Assembly: GCA_963761305.1 (NCBI GenBank)
Contig: CAVXGK010000001.1
Location: 288,001-352,000 of the forward strand
Reading direction: 5' to 3'
Origin: an uncultured Gemmatimonadaceae bacterium
Lineage (GTDB): Bacteria; Gemmatimonadota; Gemmatimonadetes; Gemmatimonadales; Gemmatimonadaceae
DNA: 64,000 nt
The translations under genes were made by a program, and so were the position numbers. This document shows, in pieces, positions 20,379 through 29,605 of the stretch. The number at the start of each line of letters is the position of its first letter. Positions within the stretch are counted from its first letter, which is position 1. Below the pieces are notes generated by a model. The model was given only the letters and a program-made list of their open reading frames with translations, had not been told where the DNA came from and did not search any database.

Positions 20379-20463
20379 CGAACGCACCGGTTTCACCCGA
20401 CGCGCACGAGGTCCTCCGCCCGTGCCGTCGGGGCTCGAGCGAAACCGGTGCGTTCGTCTTTTT
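20379..20463 (+). terminator. Long hairpin with T-tract; intrinsic terminator or structured RNA
   Basis: CGAACGCACCGGTTTC (20379-20394) pairs with GAAACCGGTGCGTTCG (20441-20456); inner stems CCCGACG/CGTCGGG and GCACG/CGTGC; followed by TCTTTTT. Confidence 0.7.
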
Positions 20464-20524
20464 GCGCGTATTGGAGCTCGGCTCCAAGTCGCCCATGCGC
20501 ATCGCGTGGGAACTCCCGGACAAA

Positions 20525-20657
20525 GCTCGAAGCTCTTGCTCAAGGCTCTTGCTCAAGGCTCTTGCTCAAAGCTCCGGCTCGCAGCTCTGGCTGGCAGCTC
20601 CTGCTCGAAGCCTCTTGCTCGAAGCTTCTTCCTCGAGGCTCCCCACTCGACGCTCGA
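20525..20657. repeat. Degenerate 13-14 bp tandem array, about 10 units
   Basis: gctcgaagctctt-gctcaaggctctt-gctcaaggctctt-gctcaaagctccg-gctcgcagctctg-gctggcagctcct-gctcgaagcctctt-gctcgaagcttctt-cctcgaggctcccc-actcgacgctcga. Confidence 0.85.
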
Positions 20658-20743
20658 TACTGCGAAGTGGCCGAGCCGCGGAACCAGTTGGTCCCGCGAC
20701 TCGGCCACCGCTCGCTCATCGACGGTTCGAGACTCTCAGCGAA

Positions 20744-22336
20744 TCAATGGATCGGCGGCTTCGCCGCTTGCCTAAAGTCGATGGGCGGCAGGAATGCCGG
20801 CGTCACCCGGCCGATGCACGACGTCGGCACCGGATCGCGCGGCGCGCGCAAGAACGAGTCGATGAGCAATGCCGAACAGGCCATGGCGAGCGGACGCGCG
20901 AACGCGACGTGACCGGCGGTGGCGAAATGCGCACGCTGCGCGGCCGAGAGTGTCTTCGCCGCGTCGTCGGCCAACGACGACGGCGTCTGTGCATCGTACC
21001 CCGACGAGATGAGCAATGTCGGAATGGAGCTCGTCACCGGGTCGACCGCTTCCCGACCCGAGAACGGAACGCCGAGCGCGTCGCACAGCATGCGATTGCC
21101 GGCTTTCGGTTCACCTTGCGGACGATCGCCGCAGAGCGCGATGTAATAGATGAGCGGTGCGGTCTGGCGCGACGCGGTCTGGAGCGAAGGGTCGATCGCC
21201 GCGGCGAGAAAGACGCGCAACGCGAATTCGTCGTGCAGCGTGTCTTCGGACGCGAGCTCGGTGATAATCCGCGGCACGCTGGCGCGCATGCCTTCATCGC
21301 TCGACGCGACGCCGAGCACGCTCAGAATTCCCGCGCCCGCGACCTCGATCGTACGCCACGGGTCGCTCGTCGCGAACTGCGCCGTGCGGCGAAGATGTCC
21401 GCCGGCGCTGTCGGCGAGCTTCGAGATCGACTGCGCGAGATCGCCGTACTGGGCCACGCAGAGCGAATCGGTGCGGCATTCGTTGACCACCTGCGCGACG
21501 ATCTTGCGCCCCGCGTTGGCGACGTACGTCGAATCGAGAATTTGCGTCGCCTGCGGCGGGGCGACGCCGTCGAGGATCGACGCCTCGACCATGTCCGGAT
21601 GGCGCCGCATGAAATGCAACGACTCGCGGCTGCCGTACGATGCCCCGAACAGGATGAGCTTCTGGTAGCCGAGCGCGTGAGTGACATCGGCGATGTCTTC
21701 CACGGCCGGCAGCGTCGTGAAGTTGGCCGGGTTCACGCCGCGCGCCCGAAGATCCTTGGCTCGCTGCGCCAGCGAATCCCTGAGCGGTTTGACGGCCAGG
21801 TCACGCCGTGCACGCGGTTCGAACAGAATGGTGCCGAGGTCGGGCGACGCACGCTCCGGCACCGGCGAAAAGCCGCGACGGTCGAACGCGATGATCGGAT
21901 GGTCGCGCAACAGCGACTGGCCCGTCGGCGTCTCGAGCAACACGCGCTGCGCCGCGTCGATCGACGATTCGCCGGGGCCGCCCGGCAGAAACATCACCGG
22001 ATTGCCGTGAGCGCTGGGCGACGCGTACACGACCACGGGCAGCACGACCGCCATCAACCGCGAGTCCTTCGGGTGGGCGCGATCCTGCGGAACCGTCACC
22101 GTCCCGCATTTCATCGTGGCGTCGACGCCGGCCGGCGTGGTTCCGAAGGTCGAGTTGCACGTCAGCTCGGTGAACCGAGGCATGACGTCGAATGCCTTCG
22201 ACGTCTGTCCTTGCGCGCTCAGCACGTTCGTTCCGGCGCCGGCGAGCACCACCGCGACCAGCGCCACTGCGGCGGGCACGGCACTGCGCTTCGCCTCGCC
22301 TCCAAACGTTCGGACCTGCGTCCTTCCCCGCGACAT
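20744..22336 (-). CDS. Secreted alpha/beta hydrolase (TAP-like peptidase/esterase)
   Basis: CGTVTVPQDR, LPGGPGES, FDRRG, GASYG nucleophile, GYDAQTP, AGHV; signal peptide; GAGGTGG RBS. Confidence 0.85.
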   Translation of the reverse strand: MSRGRTQVRTFGGEAKRSAVPAAVALVAVVLAGAGTNVLSAQGQTSKAFDVMPRFTELTCNSTFGTTPAGVDATMKCGTVTVPQDRAHPKDSRLMAVVLPVVVYASPSAHGNPVMFLPGGPGESSIDAAQRVLLETPTGQSLLRDHPIIAFDRRGFSPVPERASPDLGTILFEPRARRDLAVKPLRDSLAQRAKDLRARGVNPANFTTLPAVEDIADVTHALGYQKLILFGASYGSRESLHFMRRHPDMVEASILDGVAPPQATQILDSTYVANAGRKIVAQVVNECRTDSLCVAQYGDLAQSISKLADSAGGHLRRTAQFATSDPWRTIEVAGAGILSVLGVASSDEGMRASVPRIITELASEDTLHDEFALRVFLAAAIDPSLQTASRQTAPLIYYIALCGDRPQGEPKAGNRMLCDALGVPFSGREAVDPVTSSIPTLLISSGYDAQTPSSLADDAAKTLSAAQRAHFATAGHVAFARPLAMACSALLIDSFLRAPRDPVPTSCIGRVTPAFLPPIDFRQAAKPPIH

Positions 22337-22443
22337 CGTCCACCTCGGCTGCGTATTCGATTGCGCGCGCCGGTGGAGACTGGTGTGTTTCCACCTGCGC
22401 TGCGCACGATGCGCAACGTCGATTGCGACCTGCATTCCCTGCA

Positions 22444-22494
22444 TTGGCCGATGTGCCAAAGACCGGGGGCGGACCACGTGGACTGTTGGTCCAA
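22444..22494. promoter_or_regulatory. Two TTGG-N8-CCAA-like boxes in the divergent hydrolase/ompA region
   Basis: TTGGCCGATGTGCCAA (22444-22459) and TGGACTGTTGGTCCAA (22479-22494). Confidence 0.55.
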
Positions 22495-22637
22495 TGCGAA
22501 TGATCGGCGCACCGAGCCGCCGCGCCGCGGCATCGTTCGTGAGATTCAGGCGGTTACCCGGAGCGCGCCACCTCGGTGAGCCGCTCGGGGCCTGTCAGTT
22601 TACCTCACGCGGATACGTGAGATCAGGAGTGATTGCT

Positions 22638-23612
22638 ATGCCAAGAACCATGATGCTCGACATGCAGGACCTGACACGACCGGCGCGCACCACGGCCGGT
22701 CTGTTGGCCCTGCTGTGTGCGCTCGCGGCCGTCCCGCGCCTCTCGGCGCAGAACGTGTCGTCATCCAGGCCGCAGCCGACGCTGAGCTACGTGCAGGGTG
22801 CGGAAGTCAAGATCACCGGCTACATCATCAGCCGAAGCGGCGACAGCGTGCTCGTTCGTGACGAGACGACCGACGCGATCAGCCTGGTGATGTTGAACGA
22901 TGAGACCAAAATCTCGACCCCGTCGGGCACGCTGAACCTCGGTCGTGACCGCCGCGATGCGGAAACACTCATCCCCGGCCTCCGCGTTCGCTTGAAGGCG
23001 ACCGGCGGAATGAGTGGTGAAGCCGTCGCGAGCTCGATCCTCTTCCACACGAGCGCGGAGCGCGTGGCGGAAGGCGTCGCTGCCGGTACGGTGGACCTGA
23101 AGGCGTTTACTGACTCGGCCATTACGGCGACGTCGGACACCATCACGGCCATCACCAACCGCGCCAAGGATACGCTCAACGCGATCGTCGGCAGCGCACG
23201 CAGCCAGGTCGCGTCGTTGAACCGCCGCATCGCGGACGTGAACAAGTTCGACCTGTCGCAATCGCGCACGGTCTTCTTCGCCACAGGCCGCTGGGAGATT
23301 CTCCCCGACGGACAGCGAACCCTCGATGACATGATCGCCGCCAGCAAGAACCAGACGTGCGGTTGCGTCTTCGAAGTCACCGGTTTCACGGATTCCCAAG
23401 GCCACCCGGTGATGAACGACGTTCTCAGCTATCGTCGCACCATGAGCGTGATCAAGTACCTCACGCAGAACGGCGTCGACCTTCGCAGCATTGCGACTCC
23501 GCTCGGCTACGGCGAAATGAAGCCGATCGCCTCGAACGAGTCTGCCTCGGGCCGGGCGATGAATCGTCGCGCCGAGGTTCGGTTGCTCGTCAGCCGCGCG
23601 TCGCTGTACTAG
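22638..23612 (+). CDS. OmpA/MotB C-terminal peptidoglycan-binding domain protein with N-terminal beta domain and helical linker
   Basis: VFFATG, EVTGFTDSQG...NDVLSYRR..SV..YL...GV, GYGEMKPIASNESASGRAMNRRAEV; AGGAG RBS. Confidence 0.9.
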   Translation: MPRTMMLDMQDLTRPARTTAGLLALLCALAAVPRLSAQNVSSSRPQPTLSYVQGAEVKITGYIISRSGDSVLVRDETTDAISLVMLNDETKISTPSGTLNLGRDRRDAETLIPGLRVRLKATGGMSGEAVASSILFHTSAERVAEGVAAGTVDLKAFTDSAITATSDTITAITNRAKDTLNAIVGSARSQVASLNRRIADVNKFDLSQSRTVFFATGRWEILPDGQRTLDDMIAASKNQTCGCVFEVTGFTDSQGHPVMNDVLSYRRTMSVIKYLTQNGVDLRSIATPLGYGEMKPIASNESASGRAMNRRAEVRLLVSRASLY

Positions 23613-23694
23613 TGACGACTCGGCAACTCGATCGACGTCCCCACGCGAGTTCGTCTCACGGCGGGATCGTACGTCTGACGTTGGCGGGTTCGGC

Positions 23695-23724
23695 TCGCCT
23701 CCCGGCTCAACAGCCGGGAGGCGA
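23695..23724. other. Perfect 13-bp stem-loop without U-tract between co-oriented genes
   Basis: TCGCCTCCCGGCT-caac-AGCCGGGAGGCGA. Confidence 0.7.
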
Positions 23725-23792
23725 TGCCTCGTCATGGGGGCAACGCCTCGCTCCCCTTTCCGAAGGCGACACCACGTGAGGCGCTCATCGCC

Positions 23793-24425
23793 GTGAGAGT
23801 CGTCGCGGCAGTCGCGTGCATCCTCGCCGCTGCGTGCTACCACTGGGCCGAGCTCACCACGACCTACGGGGGCGAGCAGGAGCGCGGCGCTCCGCTCCGC
23901 CACGCCGTCACCATTTTCGCGTCGCGCAACGAGGCGCTCCGCCGTGCGACGGAGAACCGTCTCGCACGGCACTTCGAGAATGCCGCCCCCTCGTATCACG
24001 TGCTGGCCGCCACCGACGTCGCCGACTCGGCCGCGGTCCGTCGCGTGCTCGACGATGGCGCGTTCGATTCGGCGATCATCATGAGCGTCGTGCAAACGGA
24101 CGGGGGTCGGTCCTTCACGCCCGGCGCGGCGATTCATGCGGCACCGGCCCCGACCTTCGGACAACAGTGGACCCGAACGTGGGCCTTTCCCTTCGATCCA
24201 TCACAGGTCGGTCCCAAGCGGCCAGTTGCAATCGAAGTGTACGTCTACTCGTTGGCTGACAACCGCTTGCTCTGGGCGGGACGCGGCGACCCGGGCGACG
24301 CCCGAACGGTCACGCAGCTCGCCGACGCCGCGATGAAGCACGTGCCCGCGGAGTTGGAGCGCGAGGGTTTGCTCGCCGAGGACGGGATCGCACCGCAGGT
24401 TGGACCAAGACCCTATCGCCCCTGA
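23793..24425 (+). CDS. Putative lipoprotein (DUF4136-like fold)
   Basis: Lipobox LAAAC; RRATENRLA, IEVYVYSLADNRLLWAG. Confidence 0.7.
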   Translation: MRVVAAVACILAAACYHWAELTTTYGGEQERGAPLRHAVTIFASRNEALRRATENRLARHFENAAPSYHVLAATDVADSAAVRRVLDDGAFDSAIIMSVVQTDGGRSFTPGAAIHAAPAPTFGQQWTRTWAFPFDPSQVGPKRPVAIEVYVYSLADNRLLWAGRGDPGDARTVTQLADAAMKHVPAELEREGLLAEDGIAPQVGPRPYRP

Positions 24426-24450
24426 CGGAAAGACGGTCCACACTGCTCGG

Positions 24451-25092
24451 ATGCCCGGGCTCCGCACCTCGTCGCGCGGCGCAGCGTTCGGCGTCGTGAG
24501 CGGCGTCGTGATCGGCGTCGCCACCGCGCGGGGGCAGACGACCCAATATCGGCCTGAGCTCGACGTCTATTGGACGTCGTCACGTCACGCGCGGACGTTC
24601 TTTCAGCTCGCCGGCCAGGCCGAGAATGGGGAGATCGCTCGCGATCCGTTGATCGGGCTGTTCGAGGACTTTCTCTTCGCCCCCGATGGATACGTACGCG
24701 GCGGTTACCGCTACAGTCTCCGCAGCTACGAGTCGCGACCGCTGATCGAGGCCGCATTTCGCGTGTTCAAGGCCGGTCCGGTTCGTTTGCTCAGCCGAAG
24801 CCGCGCTGAGTGGCGATGGGTGGATGGCGCGTGCTCGTATCGCCTTCGCGAGCGGCTGCAACTCGAGCGTGTGCCGCCGTCACAAGGGCTCGGGCTCGCG
24901 CCATACGCCATGCTCGAGGCGTACTACGACTCGCGCTTCCGAACGATCGCGCGGCTGGCGCCGCGTCTTGGGACCCGGGCACGCCTGGGCGGTCCGGCGT
25001 CCTTGGATCTCTACTACATGCGACAGGACAACCTGCGCGGGAAGCCGGCCTACGCGAACATCGGCGGACTCATCATACAACTGTCATACTGA
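24451..25092 (+). CDS. DUF2490-like outer-membrane beta-barrel protein, paralog 1
   Basis: PELDVY, RSRAEWRWVDG..SYRLRERL, PYAMLEAYYDSRF, terminal aromatic residue (LSY). Confidence 0.75.
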   Translation: MPGLRTSSRGAAFGVVSGVVIGVATARGQTTQYRPELDVYWTSSRHARTFFQLAGQAENGEIARDPLIGLFEDFLFAPDGYVRGGYRYSLRSYESRPLIEAAFRVFKAGPVRLLSRSRAEWRWVDGACSYRLRERLQLERVPPSQGLGLAPYAMLEAYYDSRFRTIARLAPRLGTRARLGGPASLDLYYMRQDNLRGKPAYANIGGLIIQLSY

Positions 25093-25107
25093 CGGTTCGC
25101 TCCCCGC

Positions 25108-25893
25108 ATGGTCGATCTGAAGTTCATCCTCCTCAGCGCCGGCCTGGCTGCTTGCCTTTTCCTCTCCATGCTGTTGTTCCTCGAGCTGGGAAGACGCATT
25201 GCCGTCGAGCACATACGAACGCGAGGGGACGAGGCGCGCGCCGGTGTCGGGATCGTGGACGGTGCCGTCTACGGGCTGCTCGCGCTGCTGATCGGCTTCA
25301 CGTTCTCGGGCGCGGCCGAGCGGTTCAACAACCGGCGCGTCCTCATCGGGGACATCGACAACACGGCGAGCACCGTCTGGCGGCGCATCGACCTGTTGCC
25401 GCCCGAACAACAGCCGGCCATTCGCGCGGGATTGCGACGCTACGTGGACGAGCTCATCGCGTACTACACGAACACCGCGACCGTGCGCCAGTCGCTTCAG
25501 ACGCCGGCTGCTCTGGCCAGCGCCGAGGACGATCTTTGGTCTCGGACCGTCACGGCGTGCAAAGCGCCCGGAGGCGACGCAGCGCGCCTGCTGCTTCTCC
25601 CGGCCCTGAACCTGACGTTCGACGCCGTTCAGCGCGAGTACACCGCGCGGCGCATTCATCCGCCCATGGTGATCTACGTGATGCTGGGGATTGCCGCGTT
25701 GGCGACCGCCTTGTTCGCCGGATATGGGATGGCGAACAGAACGAGCCGGAATTGGCTGTTCACGATCGGGATCGCGGCCTGCGTTTCCGCCGCGACGTAT
25801 GTCATCGTCGAGCTCGAGTATCCACGGGTCGGGTTGTTCCGCGTGAACGACATGGATCAGGTGATCGTCGACCTCAGAGCGAGAATGCAGTGA
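25108..25893 (+). CDS. DUF4239-like membrane protein
   Basis: GAVYGLLALLIGFTFSGAAERF..RR, LLLPALN..FD, VIVELEYPRVGLFRV. Confidence 0.8.
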   Translation: MVDLKFILLSAGLAACLFLSMLLFLELGRRIAVEHIRTRGDEARAGVGIVDGAVYGLLALLIGFTFSGAAERFNNRRVLIGDIDNTASTVWRRIDLLPPEQQPAIRAGLRRYVDELIAYYTNTATVRQSLQTPAALASAEDDLWSRTVTACKAPGGDAARLLLLPALNLTFDAVQREYTARRIHPPMVIYVMLGIAALATALFAGYGMANRTSRNWLFTIGIAACVSAATYVIVELEYPRVGLFRVNDMDQVIVDLRARMQ

Positions 25894-26537
25894 CACGGAG
25901 CGGCTCCGCCACGCTGGTCGCGATCGCCACGCTGCTGGCGGCTTGCGCCACGGCAAGCGCCCAGTCGACGGAGGTGTGGCCGGAGCTGGACGTCTCCTGG
26001 CAACCTGGCGCGCATCAACGGACGCTGTTGGAGTTGGCGGGCGCGAACGACCGCGACAGTCCCAAACGTGAAGCGACGGCGGGACTCTACCAGGACTACG
26101 TCTTCCTGCCGAACGGGTACCTGCGCGGCGGCTACCGTTTCTCGTTCAGCACGCGCAACGCGAGCTACCGCGAATCGCGTCTGGTCGCGGACGCGACGCT
26201 CAGGGTCGCCTCGTGGCGCAGGCTGCGCCTCGTCGAACGCACTCGAGGGGAATGGCGCTGGGTGAATGGGGAGCCGTCATACCGCGTTCGAGAACGCTTG
26301 CATCTGCAACGCGTGGCGACGCAACCGCAGGGGATCGCACTGGCGCCGTACGGAACCTTCGAAGCGTACTACGACTCGCGCTTCCGCAGCATCGCCCGCC
26401 TGGCCGGCCGAGTGGGCTCGGAGGCGCGGCTCGGTGGACCGGCATCGATCGACGTCTACGTGGCACGGCAGGACAACGCCCGAGAGGCGCCCGCCTACGT
26501 GAATGCGCTCGGGCTTGTCCTCAAGCTGGCTTACTGA
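25890..26537 (+). CDS. DUF2490-like outer-membrane beta-barrel protein, paralog 2
   Basis: GTG overlaps upstream stop; signal peptide; EVWPELDV, RTRGEWRWVNGEPSYRVRERL, PYGTFEAYYDSRF; ends LAY. Confidence 0.78.
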   Translation: MTRSGSATLVAIATLLAACATASAQSTEVWPELDVSWQPGAHQRTLLELAGANDRDSPKREATAGLYQDYVFLPNGYLRGGYRFSFSTRNASYRESRLVADATLRVASWRRLRLVERTRGEWRWVNGEPSYRVRERLHLQRVATQPQGIALAPYGTFEAYYDSRFRSIARLAGRVGSEARLGGPASIDVYVARQDNAREAPAYVNALGLVLKLAY

Positions 26538-26559
26538 CCCAGCGCTCGCTCTCTTTCCA

Positions 26560-26925
26560 ATGGACGTTTTCGAGACGCTCGTTCACGTCGTGATGAGCTT
26601 CGCCGAGTGGACACGGCTCGTGCTCGAGGCGCTGGGCATCGTCACCATCGCGTGGGGCGCGCTCGCTGTGTTGCATCGCATCTGGCAGCGAGCGCGCGCG
26701 CACCAGCACGTGCGTTTCACCGAAACGCGGTTCATCCTCGCGCGCTACCTGGCGCTCGCCCTCGAGTTCCAGCTCGCCGCGGACGTGATCGAGACCGCCA
26801 TCCTGCCGGAGTGGACCAAGATCGGCCAGCTCGCGGCGATCGCGGCCATTCGAACAGGGCTCAACTACTTCCTGTCGAAGGAAATCACCGAGGAAAAAGC
26901 GGAACTCGCGTCGCCTGCATCGTAG
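26560..26925 (+). CDS. DUF1622 membrane protein
   Basis: RFILARYLALALEFQLAADVIETAI.PEW..IGQLAAIAAIRTGLNYFLSKEI. Confidence 0.9.
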   Translation: MDVFETLVHVVMSFAEWTRLVLEALGIVTIAWGALAVLHRIWQRARAHQHVRFTETRFILARYLALALEFQLAADVIETAILPEWTKIGQLAAIAAIRTGLNYFLSKEITEEKAELASPAS

Positions 26926-26958
26926 CGGGGACGACGCGTATCCGACCCAAACCGGCCA

Positions 26959-27990
26959 TCAGCGTGACGGCCGTACGATGCAGCGGAATCCGACGTGCGT
27001 GGTGGACGTGTCGATCGGCTCGGGGAACCGCGCCGCCGGCCGATAGCGTTGGCAGTAGTTCGGTGAACACAGGTGCGAGCCGCCCTTCAACACCTTGCGC
27101 GGAATCCACGTGCCCGGTTGCGAGCGATCCATGCTGTCGAGCATCGTGCCGCCGCGGGGGTTGTGCGGCGAGCAACACTCTTTCTTGCCCTGCTCCGCGT
27201 GCGACGGACGATACCAGTCGTTCGTCCACTCCCAGACGTTGCCGATCATGTCGTACAGCCCGTAGCCGTTCGGCGGGAACGCGCCGATCGGCGACGTGCC
27301 CTCGTAGCCGTCGATTAGAGTATTCTCATGCGGGAATCGTCCCTGCCACGTGTTCGCCATGGGGCGGCCGCGGGGCATGAGCTCGTCGCCCCAGGCGTAC
27401 GTCGCGCCCTCGAGTCCGCCGCGCGCCGCGAACTCCCACTCGGCTTCGGTCGGCAGGGCCTTCCCGTCCCACCTCGCGAAGGCCTCGGCGTCGCTGAAGG
27501 CGACTTGCACCACCGGATGGTCGTCGAGCCCGGCGTTGTCGCTGTTCGGTCCGCGCGGATGTCGCCAGTCGGCGCCGTGCACGAACTGCCACCAGTTGCT
27601 GATGTCGTGCAGGCTCACCGGCTGCAGCGGACGCACGAACACCAGCGATCCCGCCTTCAACTGCTCCGGCGATGCGCCGGGATAGTCCTTGGCATTCGGC
27701 GGCAGCTCGGCGAACGTCGTGTGGCGCGTCGCGCCCACGAACTCCGCGAACCGCGCGTTCGTGACCGGCGCGCGATCCATCCAGAACCCGTCGACGCTCA
27801 CGCGTCGAACCGGCCGTTCCTCGGGGTAGTGTCGGTCCGAACCCATGTCGAACGTGCCGCCCGGAATCCAGACCATGTCCGGCGCCGGCGCGTCGCCCGG
27901 CGGCGGCCGATACGTTCGGCCCGGTTCCTCGGTGTGCGTGCGCGGGACGGCCGAGTGCGGCGCGCCGGCGTGTACGTTCGGCATCGACAT
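26959..27990 (-). CDS. Formylglycine-generating enzyme (FGE/SUMF1, sulfatase maturase)
   Basis: MVWIPGGTFDMGS..HYPEE, LPTEAEWEFAARGG, NGYGLYDMIGNVWEW, KVLKGGSHLCSPNYCQRYRPAAR (both catalytic Cys), GFRC; AAGGAGG RBS. Confidence 0.95.
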   Translation of the reverse strand: MSMPNVHAGAPHSAVPRTHTEEPGRTYRPPPGDAPAPDMVWIPGGTFDMGSDRHYPEERPVRRVSVDGFWMDRAPVTNARFAEFVGATRHTTFAELPPNAKDYPGASPEQLKAGSLVFVRPLQPVSLHDISNWWQFVHGADWRHPRGPNSDNAGLDDHPVVQVAFSDAEAFARWDGKALPTEAEWEFAARGGLEGATYAWGDELMPRGRPMANTWQGRFPHENTLIDGYEGTSPIGAFPPNGYGLYDMIGNVWEWTNDWYRPSHAEQGKKECCSPHNPRGGTMLDSMDRSQPGTWIPRKVLKGGSHLCSPNYCQRYRPAARFPEPIDTSTTHVGFRCIVRPSR

Positions 27991-28001
27991 GGTCCGCCTC
28001 C

Positions 28002-28457
28002 TTAGTCGAGAGAGACCGCTCCTCCCGCGCCGCCTGCGCGGGCCGCGGACAGCACGGCCAGCATGGCGTCGAGCGAGAGCGGCTTGACGATGTGACGGTC
28101 GAAGCCGGCGGCACGCGCGCGCGCCACGACGTCGTCCGAGTCCCATCCGGTGAGGGCAATCAGGAACGCGCTCTTGGTCGCGGGCATGGCCCGCAGTTCT
28201 TGCGCGACGGCGTAGCCGTCGAGCACGGGGAGAGACAAATCGATGAGCGCCACGTCGGGATGAAACGCGGCCGCCGACGACACCGCTTCGGCGCCGCTCA
28301 ACGCCGCCTGCACGTGATGGCCTTGCGAGCGCAGCAGGCGGCCGACGCTAATTACGGATTCCACATGGTCGTCCGCCAGCAGGATGCGGAGGCCGCCGGC
28401 CTGGGTCTGCGCCATCACGTGGAGGCCGTGTTCGGGGGATCGGGCGTCGTCGGTCAC
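28002..28457 (-). CDS. Single-domain response regulator (receiver only)
   Basis: ILLADD, DVALIDLSLPVLDG, IALTG, GFDRHIVKP. Confidence 0.9.
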   Translation of the reverse strand: MTDDARSPEHGLHVMAQTQAGGLRILLADDHVESVISVGRLLRSQGHHVQAALSGAEAVSSAAAFHPDVALIDLSLPVLDGYAVAQELRAMPATKSAFLIALTGWDSDDVVARARAAGFDRHIVKPLSLDAMLAVLSAARAGGAGGAVSLD

Positions 28458-29485
28458 GCGACATCTCCTTCGTCAGCACGCAGGACGTCGTCGACTCCCT
28501 GAACGCGAGCCGATCGCCGCGAAGCACCCGCGGCGGGCGCGCTGCCGACGCCGGCGAGTAAGAGGCGCGTCGTCGGCGCCTCGTCGCCCCAGAGCGGCCC
28601 GCGGTCCAACCGCCAGCGCCGTCCGAGGAAATGAAAGAAGTAGCGATGCTGCGGCTCGTCCTTCAGAAACACGGTGCCGTGTCCGCTGAGAATTCTCGAC
28701 GCCAAGCGGTGCGCCCATCCTCGGAACTCCCGGGCGTCGATGGGTCCCTCGGCCACGAGACACCACGCGCAATGGCTTTCACAGGTCTTCGATTTGACGA
28801 TGCGCGAGGGCAACGGGAGGTAGTCGGCGCGCCACTCGGCGAGCACGGCGCGCGCGTCGAGCGCCGAGGGCCCGGACGGCAGCCCGAGGAGCAACGGCGG
28901 CGCGATTCGCCCGTGGTCCGCCCAGACGACGTACGTCGTGGGCGCCAGGCGCTCCAGCGTTCGCTGCAGCTCCGCCGCCTGCTCCGGGCTGACGAGATCG
29001 ACCTTGTTGAGGACGACGACGTTCGCGATCGTCGCTTGCTCCTGCAGGTGCGACTCGGCCGAGCCGTCGGAGTCGTGCGGCAACGCCTTCGCGGCGTCGA
29101 CGACGAGCACGGAGCCGTTGAACGTGTACCCCGGCATGTAGCCGTAGCCCGTCATGCGGCGGAGGTCGGCGAGCCCCGGACGATCGAGCACCACGTGATC
29201 CGGGCGATCGCGCGCCGCGGACAGCGCGGAGAGCGCCGCCGTGCCGTCGTCATCCGACCGTACGTATGCGCATCCGTTGTTGAGCACGATCTGCGGTCCA
29301 TCGAGCTGCGCGATGAGCGACGTGTCGATCTCGACGTCGTCGCTCACGATCGCGGCCGCGCGACGGCCCGCAGCGTGCTCGAGGAGATGACGGACAAGCC
29401 GAGTCTTCCCGGTGCCCGGGGCCCCGCCGATGACCGTCAATGGAATGTTCTCGCGGTAACCGAAAGACGAACGCCCGCTCTGCAC
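28454..29485 (-). CDS. Degenerate COG0523/CobW-like P-loop GTPase
   Basis: IPLTVIGGAPGTGKT, VLNNGCAYV (in place of GCxCC), DRPGLAD (in place of ExxGLAD), VLVVDA, VVLNKVDLV, CobW_C-like tail. Confidence 0.8.
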   Translation of the reverse strand: MQSGRSSFGYRENIPLTVIGGAPGTGKTRLVRHLLEHAAGRRAAAIVSDDVEIDTSLIAQLDGPQIVLNNGCAYVRSDDDGTAALSALSAARDRPDHVVLDRPGLADLRRMTGYGYMPGYTFNGSVLVVDAAKALPHDSDGSAESHLQEQATIANVVVLNKVDLVSPEQAAELQRTLERLAPTTYVVWADHGRIAPPLLLGLPSGPSALDARAVLAEWRADYLPLPSRIVKSKTCESHCAWCLVAEGPIDAREFRGWAHRLASRILSGHGTVFLKDEPQHRYFFHFLGRRWRLDRGPLWGDEAPTTRLLLAGVGSAPAAGASRRSARVQGVDDVLRADEGDVA

Positions 29486-29552
29486 CAGCGCCTCGGCGAA
29501 ATCGGTGACTTCGAGTGCGGCACATGTTGTTCCGCCGCCGATGCCGTCTCTA

Positions 29553-29568
29553 TTGGCCAAAGAGCCAA
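29553..29568. promoter_or_regulatory. TTGG-N8-CCAA box in the divergent cobW-like/kinase-like region
   Basis: A-TTGGCCAAAGAGCCAA-T. Confidence 0.55.
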
Positions 29569-29605
29569 TGCCTGTGTGATCGCGGATACAAGAAACTCGT
29601 TCGTC

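Noticed and set aside
20525..20657. Possible CRISPR array
   Set aside because: Units are 13-14 bp, contiguous, with no unique spacers; no cas genes in the window.
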